From positions 1 through 64,000 of IMG/VR virus record IMGVR_UViG_3300012952_003952: a stretch of 64,000 nucleotides of DNA; one strand, given 5' to 3'. Positions 16,486-24,952 of the stretch are shown piece by piece. Under the pieces are notes generated by a model. The model was not told the origin of the DNA, did not search any database, and saw only the letters and a program-made list of their open reading frames with translations. A program made the position numbers and the translations under genes. This DNA is from a virus. Taxonomy: Duplodnaviria; Caudoviricetes. The first letter of the stretch is position 1; each line of letters opens with the position of its first letter.

Positions 16486-16710
16486 ATGCCATTTAAGTCT
16501 GAAAAGCAGAGACGTTGGATGTGGGCTAATGATCCGGAGATGGCACGTAAGTGGACGGATGAAGAAAAAAAAGAAGCTCACCATGAAGAATCTGACTTGG
16601 AAGAAAAAGCATCAGAAGATTTTAAAAAATTATTTGATGTCGACAAACACTCAGTAAAAGAATCTCAACTTAGAAAAATTATTAGAGAAGCCATTGCATA
16701 TTTAGCGTAA
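16486..16710 (+). CDS. Small protein (MPFKSEKQRRWMWAN...) with the leader motif at the C-terminus
   Basis: C-terminal VKESQLRKIIREA. Confidence 0.8.
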   Translation: MPFKSEKQRRWMWANDPEMARKWTDEEKKEAHHEESDLEEKASEDFKKLFDVDKHSVKESQLRKIIREAIAYLA

Positions 16711-16726
16711 GGCCTTAGGAAAAACA

Positions 16727-17095
16727 ATGAAAATTACTAAAAGACAACTTAAGAGAATTATACGTGAAGAAAGAGCTCGAGTTATACGAGAGCAAGATGT
16801 CAACCAGGGAGACAACCACGACCACCACTGGCCAAGAGTTGACTGGGATAATTCCGTTGGAGAACTAGTAGATTCTTGGGCTGACATGGAAATTAATTCT
16901 TTTGACTCTGGAGATCCATCAATGAATCCCACCGATGGAGATGCAACAGTTGCCGACAATAAAGCGTACTGGGCTGAGCAAGTCGAGTCTGCAATGCTTG
17001 ATTTAGAGAATGAAGTTACTGTAGCTATTAGACAAGTAGTGCTAGCTAAAATGAAAGAAACTAGCGAAGCACTAATGAATGGTGATTACGCATAA
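16727..17095 (+). CDS. Leader-family protein 17
   Basis: MKITKRQLKRIIREE. Confidence 0.85.
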   Translation: MKITKRQLKRIIREERARVIREQDVNQGDNHDHHWPRVDWDNSVGELVDSWADMEINSFDSGDPSMNPTDGDATVADNKAYWAEQVESAMLDLENEVTVAIRQVVLAKMKETSEALMNGDYA

Positions 17096-17143
17096 AATAT
17101 TCTAGATATTTTCTCTAAATAAACTATTTGTTATAATAGAGTT

Positions 17144-17680
17144 ATGTTTAAAGAAGCAGTATCTAGAAATAAATTCTATTTAGGCCCTTTAGAGATTAGG
17201 GAATCGACTATTAAGGGAGCTGGATATGGTGTTTTTGCGACTGAAGATATTGGCAAAAATACTCTTATTGAAAGATGTAATATAATAAAGTTTGACAGGT
17301 GGCTCTTAAAGCTTTACAGAGATGAACGTCTAAGTAGACACCTCTTGGCAGATTATATTTTTAAGTGGCCAGGTGGTCATGAAGTAGCTTTAGCCCTCGG
17401 TTACGGAAGCATGTATAATCACGGTAATGAACCGAATGTGTTGTGGAGATATTGCACTCCAGATACTAGCTTGCATGATGATGGTCTTCATGTTTACGAT
17501 AGCAAACTAGAAGCGCTGGAATTTTGGACTAAAAAAGCAGTCAAATCTGGAGAAGAACTAGTGACTAACTATGGTAGAACTAGCGAATTTGGAGGATCAG
17601 ACGATTTTATTGGGGACTCGGATGTGATCGATAGAGTCGGCCGTGGAGATGGGGGTCTTGGAGACCTTTTCAAACGATAA
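17144..17680 (+). CDS. SET-domain protein-lysine methyltransferase
   Basis: GAGYGVFATEDI, GSMYNHGNEPN (the RFINH/NH-x-C-x-PN equivalent), and GEELVTNYG. Confidence 0.9.
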   Translation: MFKEAVSRNKFYLGPLEIRESTIKGAGYGVFATEDIGKNTLIERCNIIKFDRWLLKLYRDERLSRHLLADYIFKWPGGHEVALALGYGSMYNHGNEPNVLWRYCTPDTSLHDDGLHVYDSKLEALEFWTKKAVKSGEELVTNYGRTSEFGGSDDFIGDSDVIDRVGRGDGGLGDLFKR

Positions 17681-17878
17681 ACGCTCTACGTCTGTTAGAG
17701 TTTCTGTATGCACGGTTAATATTTCTCCAGTCTCTAAAAGATAAATAGCCCAGCCTTCTTCTGTTTCGTTGTCTTCATTAGATTCACCAATTGCTATAGA
17801 ATCAGCTTCTACTTTGCATTTTTCTAACAATAGTACTATGCCTTGGTCTAGCCAAGTTTTAATTTCTCCTGCTTTCAT
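17597..17878 (-). CDS. Hypothetical protein (MKAGEIKTW...)
   Basis: ATG at 17878 coupled (ATGA) to the upstream peptide; its 3' end overlaps the SET gene. Confidence 0.5.
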   Translation of the reverse strand: MKAGEIKTWLDQGIVLLLEKCKVEADSIAIGESNEDNETEEGWAIYLLETGEILTVHTETLTDVERLSFEKVSKTPISTADSIDHIRVPNKIV

Positions 17879-18000
17879 TTTTTTCTTTTGTTTTTCCAAT
17901 TGATGAATGCCCAGTACCCTTTTTCTGAAACTATGCTAGCTAAATAGCCCAGCCCGATAAAAAAAGCTACAGCTCCAACTATTTGTAGCATATCACTCAT
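17875..18000 (-). CDS. 41-aa membrane peptide (MSDMLQIVGAVAFFIGLGYLASIV...)
   Basis: AAGGAG RBS; one transmembrane segment plus a basic tail. Confidence 0.55.
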   Translation of the reverse strand: MSDMLQIVGAVAFFIGLGYLASIVSEKGYWAFINWKNKRKK

Positions 18001-18099
18001 TTCAACTCCTTTATTTTATTATAACAAACCAAGTTTGATTTTTCATATTTTGCGTTACTCTGCGAGTATCTTATATTTATTAGAGGTACCGCGTGAAAT

Positions 18100-18336
18100 A
18101 TGTCTCTTGTCGAAGCTTTTAAAGAGGGCGACCTCGTGTTTATTGATAAACCAGATGCTGGTTCTCTTGGCCCTCTGTGTCCAATAAAAAACAGCGGAGT
18201 TGGTCTTATAGTTAAAATTAAACCAACTAGAGTATTCCCAGGCCCTAGGGAAGAAAATCTCTATACGATATTATTCGGTGGAGAAGTGCAAGATATTTTA
18301 AAAGAGAATATAAACAAAATCAGCGTTGATATTTAA
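18100..18336 (+). CDS. Hypothetical protein, SH3-like pattern
   Basis: FKEGDLVFI...GVGLIVKI...YTILFG. Confidence 0.65.
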   Translation: MSLVEAFKEGDLVFIDKPDAGSLGPLCPIKNSGVGLIVKIKPTRVFPGPREENLYTILFGGEVQDILKENINKISVDI

Positions 18337-18358
18337 TCTATACAAAGGAGATTCTAAT

Positions 18359-18619
18359 ATGCTCATCAAGAAAAAAGAGCTGAGAACTATAATAAAGGAA
18401 GCTGCTAGTCTCATAAACGAAGGCCACGGTGCTCCTTGCCCCATATCTACAGCAAATCAACTGCACGCAGCCGGAGCTACAGAAGTAGATTTACAAAATT
18501 TTATCAATAGTTTAGTAGATCAATTTGCAAGAAGTAGAGAAGTTACCAGATCCGCTCCAGGATCATCACACGTCACCACGCCACAGCGCGGTGGCTTAAT
18601 AAGAGGCTTTGGATTTTGA
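18359..18619 (+). CDS. Protein with degenerate leader (MLIKKKELRTIIKEA)
   Basis: AAGGAG RBS before ATG 18359. Confidence 0.75.
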   Translation: MLIKKKELRTIIKEAASLINEGHGAPCPISTANQLHAAGATEVDLQNFINSLVDQFARSREVTRSAPGSSHVTTPQRGGLIRGFGF

Positions 18620-18786
18620 TAGCTAAACAAAAAGAAGAAAAATTATCTCAACTTTATTCCTCATATAAAAAACTTCAGATGCTTTATGTCTCTAAAGACC
18701 TTCATCTAGAAGAAAAGAAACAGATTGGAATGGCTATTAAATCTATAAGAAAAGCAATACTTTCAATAAACAAATCGGATCGTTAA
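18616..18786 (+). CDS. 56-aa basic hypothetical protein
   Basis: TTG start overlaps the previous TGA; ends immediately before the next ATG. Confidence 0.45.
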   Translation: MIAKQKEEKLSQLYSSYKKLQMLYVSKDLHLEEKKQIGMAIKSIRKAILSINKSDR

Positions 18787-19011
18787 ATGTCAAACAAATT
18801 ATTTTTTCAATCAGAGCTTATACCAAAAGAATATAGAGATTGGTTTGAGACTCAATTTTTCAAAGCTTTACACGGCGGCAAGAATATTAGTATGGGCGGA
18901 AGTCCAATCGCAGCAGTAGAAAAAGTGGTCGATGAATTTAAAGATGAGAATGAAAAAATTAAAGAATCTCAAGTTGAAACTGAAGAAGACCCCAAAATAA
19001 CTAAAGAGTAA
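18787..19011 (+). CDS. Hypothetical protein
   Basis: 74-aa ORF in the operon. Confidence 0.7.
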   Translation: MSNKLFFQSELIPKEYRDWFETQFFKALHGGKNISMGGSPIAAVEKVVDEFKDENEKIKESQVETEEDPKITKE

Positions 19012-19018
19012 TTTTAGA

Positions 19019-19339
19019 ATGAAGCTTCAAGAAAAAATATTAAGAGAATATGTCTCTTTTCTACTTGAGGCTCCCCTTGGTGTCGAACAACAAATTGGCT
19101 ATGGAAAAAATTATCATACCGTGGACCCGCAGCCTATTACGTGGGAAGACTATCCGGGGTTGGAGTATAATATAGCAGTCGATCCGGATGGATCTGTATG
19201 GGCATCTGTGGAGGTCTTAGACTATCCAGAGATGTCAACGCCGGAAAGAAAATGGGCGGACGAAGCTACTGCCATGGCCTGGATAAGAAATGAGTATGAT
19301 GCTCTTCATCGAAGATTAATGAACTCTAAATCCGAATAA
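19019..19339 (+). CDS. Hypothetical protein (N-terminal ILREYV..LLE)
   Basis: 106-aa ORF. Confidence 0.75.
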   Translation: MKLQEKILREYVSFLLEAPLGVEQQIGYGKNYHTVDPQPITWEDYPGLEYNIAVDPDGSVWASVEVLDYPEMSTPERKWADEATAMAWIRNEYDALHRRLMNSKSE

Positions 19340-20071
19340 GACTTCCCAGCTATATAAAAATTCAGATAATTCTTCGTGCGTAGAAGCTATTCCTATGTTA
19401 TCATTATCCATGAGAGCAGAGTGGATTACTCCAATGATTTCAAATTCTTTGTTTAACACTGCGGCACCTGAACTTCCGCTCTGCGTTGGGATAGTGTATA
19501 TATCATCTTTGCCGTAAAAAGTGTTTGCGATACCGGAATACAAACCTTCAAACACCGGTACAGCTCCAGGATACAAAAACCCTCCTGGCGCTGCGATAGC
19601 GTAAGCTTTTTCTCCAATAAGTGGAGGTTCAATAGATAGGTTTACTGGTTCTGTCCAAATTTCAGGAATTCTTAAAATGCACAGATCTTTATCTATGTCG
19701 TTAAAAACAACAATTGCTTCTCTTGAATACCCATTAAAGTCAACTATTCCATTTTCTATTATTACTTCATCATCATGATATGCTTCTAATATTTGTCTGT
19801 AGAATGGCGGAGTGCAAACATGATTTGCTGTTAAAACGTAGCTATTAGAATCGTCAACATAAAAAACTATTCCAGATCCCACTGCGCTAACGCTATTTAA
19901 TTCGCCGTCGGAATTCAAAATTATGTCAGTTTCTATTTGGGCAAATGCGTCAACTGGTAAGTAGACTGGGTCGTGTTTTTTCAACCCTCTGATTTCTTGT
20001 CCATGAATCCATATTATTCCTGTCATCATGCAGAGCATGGTAAAAAATAGGAAACGGTATAGAGACTTCAT
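19316..20071 (-). CDS. Trypsin-like serine protease with N-terminal signal/anchor
   Basis: Catalytic triad contexts LTANHVC, DKDLCIL and GSSGAAV; GSGIV. Confidence 0.9.
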   Translation of the reverse strand: MKSLYRFLFFTMLCMMTGIIWIHGQEIRGLKKHDPVYLPVDAFAQIETDIILNSDGELNSVSAVGSGIVFYVDDSNSYVLTANHVCTPPFYRQILEAYHDDEVIIENGIVDFNGYSREAIVVFNDIDKDLCILRIPEIWTEPVNLSIEPPLIGEKAYAIAAPGGFLYPGAVPVFEGLYSGIANTFYGKDDIYTIPTQSGSSGAAVLNKEFEIIGVIHSALMDNDNIGIASTHEELSEFLYSWEVLFGFRVH

Positions 20072-20101
20072 AAAATTAAGTATCTGTTTTAAAATAAAAA
20101 T

Positions 20102-22102
20102 TTAAGTATTCGTAATATCATATTCCCAGACGCAAGTCACGTTGACATTTCCGTGCGCGTTTGTTGGGTCTATGCTTACGCCGATTACGTCTCCTGGTCC
20201 AAAGTGAGTGACATTGGAAAAGGAAAAGGTATAAGTCGTATTCTGCTGAGTCATATTAACTGTCTCTGTTTCTTCTGCGGTAGAATTTATAACAGTGTTG
20301 CCATCTACATTTGCATGAATACCAACTGTGGTAGATCCCAGGCCTCCAGACTTACTTGATCTTAGTAATACTTTCGATAGCTTACCCTCGTAAGGCGCAA
20401 TGCCCTGCGTAATCCAACTAGGGCTTGGTTGCTCAGATGTCCCGGCCCAAGGGATATACTCTTTTCCCGTTCCTGATCCATCATTGTATCGGTGATGAGT
20501 CATATGCAGCATTCTACCATAGATGTTTCCGTTAACTGTCATGCTTTGGTTTTCATCTATTGTGACCGCTGTAGATGGTGAGGTAGCACTTGTTTGAGTG
20601 GTCCTTATTACTACTTTTGTCGGATGAGAGGTTGTACTAATAGCTCCAGCTGCTTGTGCATAAATGTCAGCAAAGTTATCGTAGCTGTTTCCATCATAAC
20701 CCAACATTCTAATCTGACCAACGAAGTCGCTGTTTTGAACTGCCGTCGGACTCGCACCTGAACCTCTTGATTTTGAGAGATCTAATTGAGATGCATCAGA
20801 AGAATCATCTGACTGGCTGATAGTCACCGCACCGTCGTTAATAGAGTCAGCATGAACGTGTAGCGTGACTTGGGGTGTTGAGGTTCCAATACCAACTTTC
20901 CCAGACCCAGTAACATACAACATGTGCGTGTTATTATCGCTTTCAACGCGAAAGTTGATCAACGATTCTGAACCTTCGTTTACCACAACTTCTGGAACGG
21001 TTCCACCTAACCTGAGCCCTTCCCGGACGACTCCTGCATCGTTTGATTTGAACACGATAAACTTATTTGTAGATTGATTTGTTATGACCAAGTTGTCAGA
21101 GTCATTAATTCCGATCTCAGCACGATCAGCATCGCTTTCACGAAAAGTAAGTTTAGGCTCAGTCCCGTTAATTGTTAGATCTGAACTAGGTGATTCTGTT
21201 CCAATTCCCACTCTACTAGTATCTGCATCTGTCATTAGAAGAGTGGCGCCACTGTTATCTTCGACGACAAAATCTATATTGTTACCGCCATCGTTAATAG
21301 TAACTTCATGCGGGGCAGATGCTTTTTCCTCCATTGTAACCATTGCAATGTTACCTGCCTTGAGGACTATCTTATCTTCAGTAAAGTTGATGTGCGTGTT
21401 AGTATCGCCCATGTGTCTAATGTACTGGCTAACTTCTATTTCTCCGTCTACTGATAGATTGGTACCGTTTAATAACTGAAGTTCTTCTGATTTAAGCCTT
21501 GCAGTTATAGTTTGTGATCCGGCTTTGACATTGGCAAATTCTAGAATACCATCTTCAGTTCCGTCAGAAGCATCGTCAATTTTTCCAGTTATCTTCACGT
21601 ACACAACTTCTTGATCAGCATCATTTTCCCCGAGAAACTTAATCTGGCCAAGGTAGTCTGCGTCTGCTGGAGAAGAGCTGTTTCTTTTGAGTGTAAATAC
21701 TGGGTTAGCAGTATCTCCCGCATCGGTTGCTTCTAATGTAAAAACAGGATTAGCGCTTGTGGCTGTAACCTTAAAAGTAGTATCATCCCACGTCAGGTTC
21801 GAACTAGCTCCAAAGTTTGAGCCGCCATCATTAAATTGAATCTCTGTATCCGACCCAGCCGGAGAACCACCGCCACCACCGCCGACTCCTAAGTTTCCAG
21901 GAGAGACTTGTTTTAAAGCAGAATCAGTAGCATCCCATATTAGAAGCCTGTCGTTAGTGGTATCAGTTGATGTTATCAAAGTTTGCCCAGAGATAGCTTC
22001 AGCGTTTAACTCGCCGGCCTTGATTGATCCAGAAGCTAAATCTGCAGAAGCAACTGTTTCGTCTCGGATTCCTTCGCCTGTTATAGTAGTTTTTCTTGAC
22101 AT
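20102..22102 (-). CDS. Tail-fibre/adhesin-like virion protein (666 aa)
   Basis: GSDTEIQFNDG and repeated GKVGIGTSTP/RVGIGTESP beta-repeats; poly-Gly linker; Ser/Thr-rich. Confidence 0.7.
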   Translation of the reverse strand: MSRKTTITGEGIRDETVASADLASGSIKAGELNAEAISGQTLITSTDTTNDRLLIWDATDSALKQVSPGNLGVGGGGGGSPAGSDTEIQFNDGGSNFGASSNLTWDDTTFKVTATSANPVFTLEATDAGDTANPVFTLKRNSSSPADADYLGQIKFLGENDADQEVVYVKITGKIDDASDGTEDGILEFANVKAGSQTITARLKSEELQLLNGTNLSVDGEIEVSQYIRHMGDTNTHINFTEDKIVLKAGNIAMVTMEEKASAPHEVTINDGGNNIDFVVEDNSGATLLMTDADTSRVGIGTESPSSDLTINGTEPKLTFRESDADRAEIGINDSDNLVITNQSTNKFIVFKSNDAGVVREGLRLGGTVPEVVVNEGSESLINFRVESDNNTHMLYVTGSGKVGIGTSTPQVTLHVHADSINDGAVTISQSDDSSDASQLDLSKSRGSGASPTAVQNSDFVGQIRMLGYDGNSYDNFADIYAQAAGAISTTSHPTKVVIRTTQTSATSPSTAVTIDENQSMTVNGNIYGRMLHMTHHRYNDGSGTGKEYIPWAGTSEQPSPSWITQGIAPYEGKLSKVLLRSSKSGGLGSTTVGIHANVDGNTVINSTAEETETVNMTQQNTTYTFSFSNVTHFGPGDVIGVSIDPTNAHGNVNVTCVWEYDITNT

Positions 22103-22165
22103 TTGTACTCCAATTCTCTATTAAGTATTTGTGAAAAACTGTTATACTTTGGATAAAATATATGC

Positions 22166-23785
22166 ATGGATACTTTACAATTTGAAAAATACTTTCCACA
22201 CCCTCAAATTAGAGACGCTCAAGAAGAAGCAATAAATTTTGTTATAAACGCATTTTCTTCTGGTAAAAAGTACGTAATACTAGAAGCAGGTACAGGCGTC
22301 GGCAAGAGCGCTATTGGAATCGCTGTTTCTAGATACCTTTCAAACGAAGTAGATGTAGAAGACTCTTATAAGTGCGGAGGGTTATTTTTAACAACCCAAA
22401 AAATTCTTCAAGATCAATACATAAAAGATTATGCCGGGTCCAGTGGCTTAATGGAGACTATTAAATCGTCTTCAAATTATTCTTGCAAATATATGAGAAA
22501 CAGTACATGTGCAGAAGGTTTAAGAGCGCTTAAAGCCGCAGATAAAAAGTCTCAATTTTTTAAGACATGTGCGTTTAGGTGTACCTATAAAAAAGCAAAA
22601 GAGAAATTCGTTGGGAGTAGTTATGGAATCACTAATTTTTCTTACTTTCTTGCAGAGACTCAATATGTTGGTAAAATCAAACCTCATCAACTTCTTGTAG
22701 TAGACGAAGCGCATAATTCAGAATTAGAGCTAAGCAAGTTTATTGAAATTGGAATTTCGAAACGATTCTGCGAGCGCGTGTTAAAAATCAATATGGCAGA
22801 TTTTTCTAACCAAAAACAAGCTATTAACTGGGTAGAACAAGTTTATGAACCGCGGTTGTCTAATCACTTAAAGCATGTAGAAAAAATGCTAGAAAAATAT
22901 GTAGGCTTAAAAGAAAAAATTAAAGAATTCGCTAATATTGCTAATAAGTTTGAAATGTTAGATAAGCATGCATGTAAACTTCGCAGATTTTTATCTCATT
23001 ACTCTGAAGAAAATTGGGTTTTCAATTACGAAAAAGAAGGAGATAGGGCACGTTTAGAGTTTAAACCAGTAGACATTTCAGAATTTGCGCAAGAATATCT
23101 TTTAAAATATGGAAAGCAGGTTCTCATGATGTCTGCAACAATATTAAATAAAGACGCTTTTTGTGAATTACTGGGTATCAAAAAAGAAGAAGCTGCTTTT
23201 ATTTCTATTCCTTCACCTTTCTCAAAAGACAATCGGCCGATTATTGTAAGCCCTATCGGAAAGATGAGCTCTAGCTCTATCGATCAAACTTTACCAAAAT
23301 TAGCAAAAGCTATAGAACAAATAATAGACAATCACAGTGATGAAAAAGGAATAATTCATTGTCATTCTTATAAAATAGCTCGCTATCTAAAAAATAATAT
23401 TAATTCTAAAAGATTTTTAATTCACGATTCTTCAAATAGGGATATGATTCTTGAGAAGCACATAAAATCTAAAAAGCCGACAATACTATTAAGTCCTTCT
23501 ATGACAGAAGGAGTAGACCTTAAAGGCGAGATGAGCAGATTTCAAGTCTTGTGTAAGGTTCCATACCCATATTTGGGAGATAAGCTAGTAAAAAAGAAAA
23601 TGAATAAATGGCGATGGTGGTATCCAATGCAGACCGCAAAAACAATAGTTCAATCTGTTGGCAGAAGTATTAGGAATCAAGATGATTTTGCTGTTACTTA
23701 TATTTTAGACGCTGACTGGAATAATTTTTATAAAAGAAACTCTGCATATATGCCTGCAGATTTCACATCTTGCATTCTACAATAG
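22166..23785 (+). CDS. DinG/Rad3-like SF2 helicase
   Basis: EAGTGVGKS, VVDEAHN, MMSAT, SMTEGVDL, QSVGRSIR; Cys cluster consistent with an Fe-S site. Confidence 0.9.
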   Translation: MDTLQFEKYFPHPQIRDAQEEAINFVINAFSSGKKYVILEAGTGVGKSAIGIAVSRYLSNEVDVEDSYKCGGLFLTTQKILQDQYIKDYAGSSGLMETIKSSSNYSCKYMRNSTCAEGLRALKAADKKSQFFKTCAFRCTYKKAKEKFVGSSYGITNFSYFLAETQYVGKIKPHQLLVVDEAHNSELELSKFIEIGISKRFCERVLKINMADFSNQKQAINWVEQVYEPRLSNHLKHVEKMLEKYVGLKEKIKEFANIANKFEMLDKHACKLRRFLSHYSEENWVFNYEKEGDRARLEFKPVDISEFAQEYLLKYGKQVLMMSATILNKDAFCELLGIKKEEAAFISIPSPFSKDNRPIIVSPIGKMSSSSIDQTLPKLAKAIEQIIDNHSDEKGIIHCHSYKIARYLKNNINSKRFLIHDSSNRDMILEKHIKSKKPTILLSPSMTEGVDLKGEMSRFQVLCKVPYPYLGDKLVKKKMNKWRWWYPMQTAKTIVQSVGRSIRNQDDFAVTYILDADWNNFYKRNSAYMPADFTSCILQ

Positions 23786-23793
23786 GAAAAATA

Positions 23794-24324
23794 ATGCCTG
23801 GATTAATCTACAAAAACATACATGAATTAAAAAAAGAGCTAGATAACTGGGGATATTCTAGCTTTACTATATCAGGTGGATTTGATCCCATTCATATCGG
23901 TCACATAAGATATATAACCGCTGCTGCTGAAAAAGCGCAAGTAGGAGAACCGTCTTCAAGTTTTTGGAACCCAGGTGTTTTAGTAGTTATAGTTAATAGT
24001 GACGGCTTTTTAAAAAGAAAAAAAGGATATTCCTTTATGCCAATAGAAGAACGAATGGAGATCATAGCTTCTGTAGAGGGCGTAGACTTTGTCACGACTT
24101 GGGATGATGGCACTCAAACAGTCTGTGGAGCTTTAGAAATATTAAAACCTAATTTTTTCCTAAAGGGCGGAGATAGATGTGATCCTGAAAGTGTACCTGA
24201 GTACGAAACTTGCGATAAAATAGGTTGTGAAGTGATGTTCGATATTGGCGGCAAAGAAAAAGCGCAGAGCTCTTCTGAGCTAGTAAGACAATATGAAAAC
24301 ATCAGAATCAAAAATCAAAAATAA
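23794..24324 (+). CDS. HIGH-family cytidylyl/adenylyltransferase (TagD/RibL/RfaE2-like)
   Basis: SGGFDPIHIGH, KGGDR and SSSELV. Confidence 0.85.
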   Translation: MPGLIYKNIHELKKELDNWGYSSFTISGGFDPIHIGHIRYITAAAEKAQVGEPSSSFWNPGVLVVIVNSDGFLKRKKGYSFMPIEERMEIIASVEGVDFVTTWDDGTQTVCGALEILKPNFFLKGGDRCDPESVPEYETCDKIGCEVMFDIGGKEKAQSSSELVRQYENIRIKNQK

Positions 24325-24892
24325 GAAAACTTTAATTTTATTAAGAGAATTTATAAGGCTTCTAGAAAAAGAAGGGCAAGATATAGATTCAGTTAATATA
24401 TTATCTCAATATGCTCACAAGGATCAAAAAAGAAGAACTGGTGAGCCATATTTTTTACACCCTCAAGAAGTTTCTCTTATTGTAAAGAAGTACTATCCCT
24501 CTAATCAAATTGCTTACTATTCAGCATTACTTCATGACGCGCTGGAAGATTCTATTGACCAAGGGAACTTTGAAGATGAAGATGAGCTGTTAGCCTTTAT
24601 AATGGATTCTGTAGACGATGATGAAACAGGATCTAGAATTATAGAAGTAGTTAGCGTTTTAACTAAAACTAAAAATACACCATACGAATCTTATATGTCT
24701 GGTGTAATTATGGACCAAGACGCTCTTATCGTGAAGCTAGCAGATATGCTGCATAACCTCTCAGATAATCCTTCTGACAGACAAATGGTTAAATATGGAA
24801 AAGCTGTTCGAAGTATCTCAGATCAATTTCAGGGAAAACCAAGTTTCATAAATGGCGGTCACTGGAATGAGTTACTGGCAGCTATAAAATAA
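24293..24892 (+). CDS. HD-domain protein, RelA/SpoT hydrolase-like (small alarmone hydrolase/Mesh1-like)
   Basis: AHKDQKRRTGEPYFLHP, ALLHDALED and VKLADMLHNL. Confidence 0.85.
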   Translation: MKTSESKIKNKKTLILLREFIRLLEKEGQDIDSVNILSQYAHKDQKRRTGEPYFLHPQEVSLIVKKYYPSNQIAYYSALLHDALEDSIDQGNFEDEDELLAFIMDSVDDDETGSRIIEVVSVLTKTKNTPYESYMSGVIMDQDALIVKLADMLHNLSDNPSDRQMVKYGKAVRSISDQFQGKPSFINGGHWNELLAAIK

Positions 24893-24952
24893 AAAGTGTC
24901 CCTGAAGATAAATTAAGTTTATTTCTAACGAAAAATTGACATAATTAAAGGT

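Noticed and set aside
9257-17095. CRISPR array suggested by regularly spaced ATGAAAAT(C/T)AC repeats
   Set aside because: The repeats are degenerate start-codon regions of ORFs. Spacers are 200-700-bp coding sequences of variable length, and there are no cas genes.
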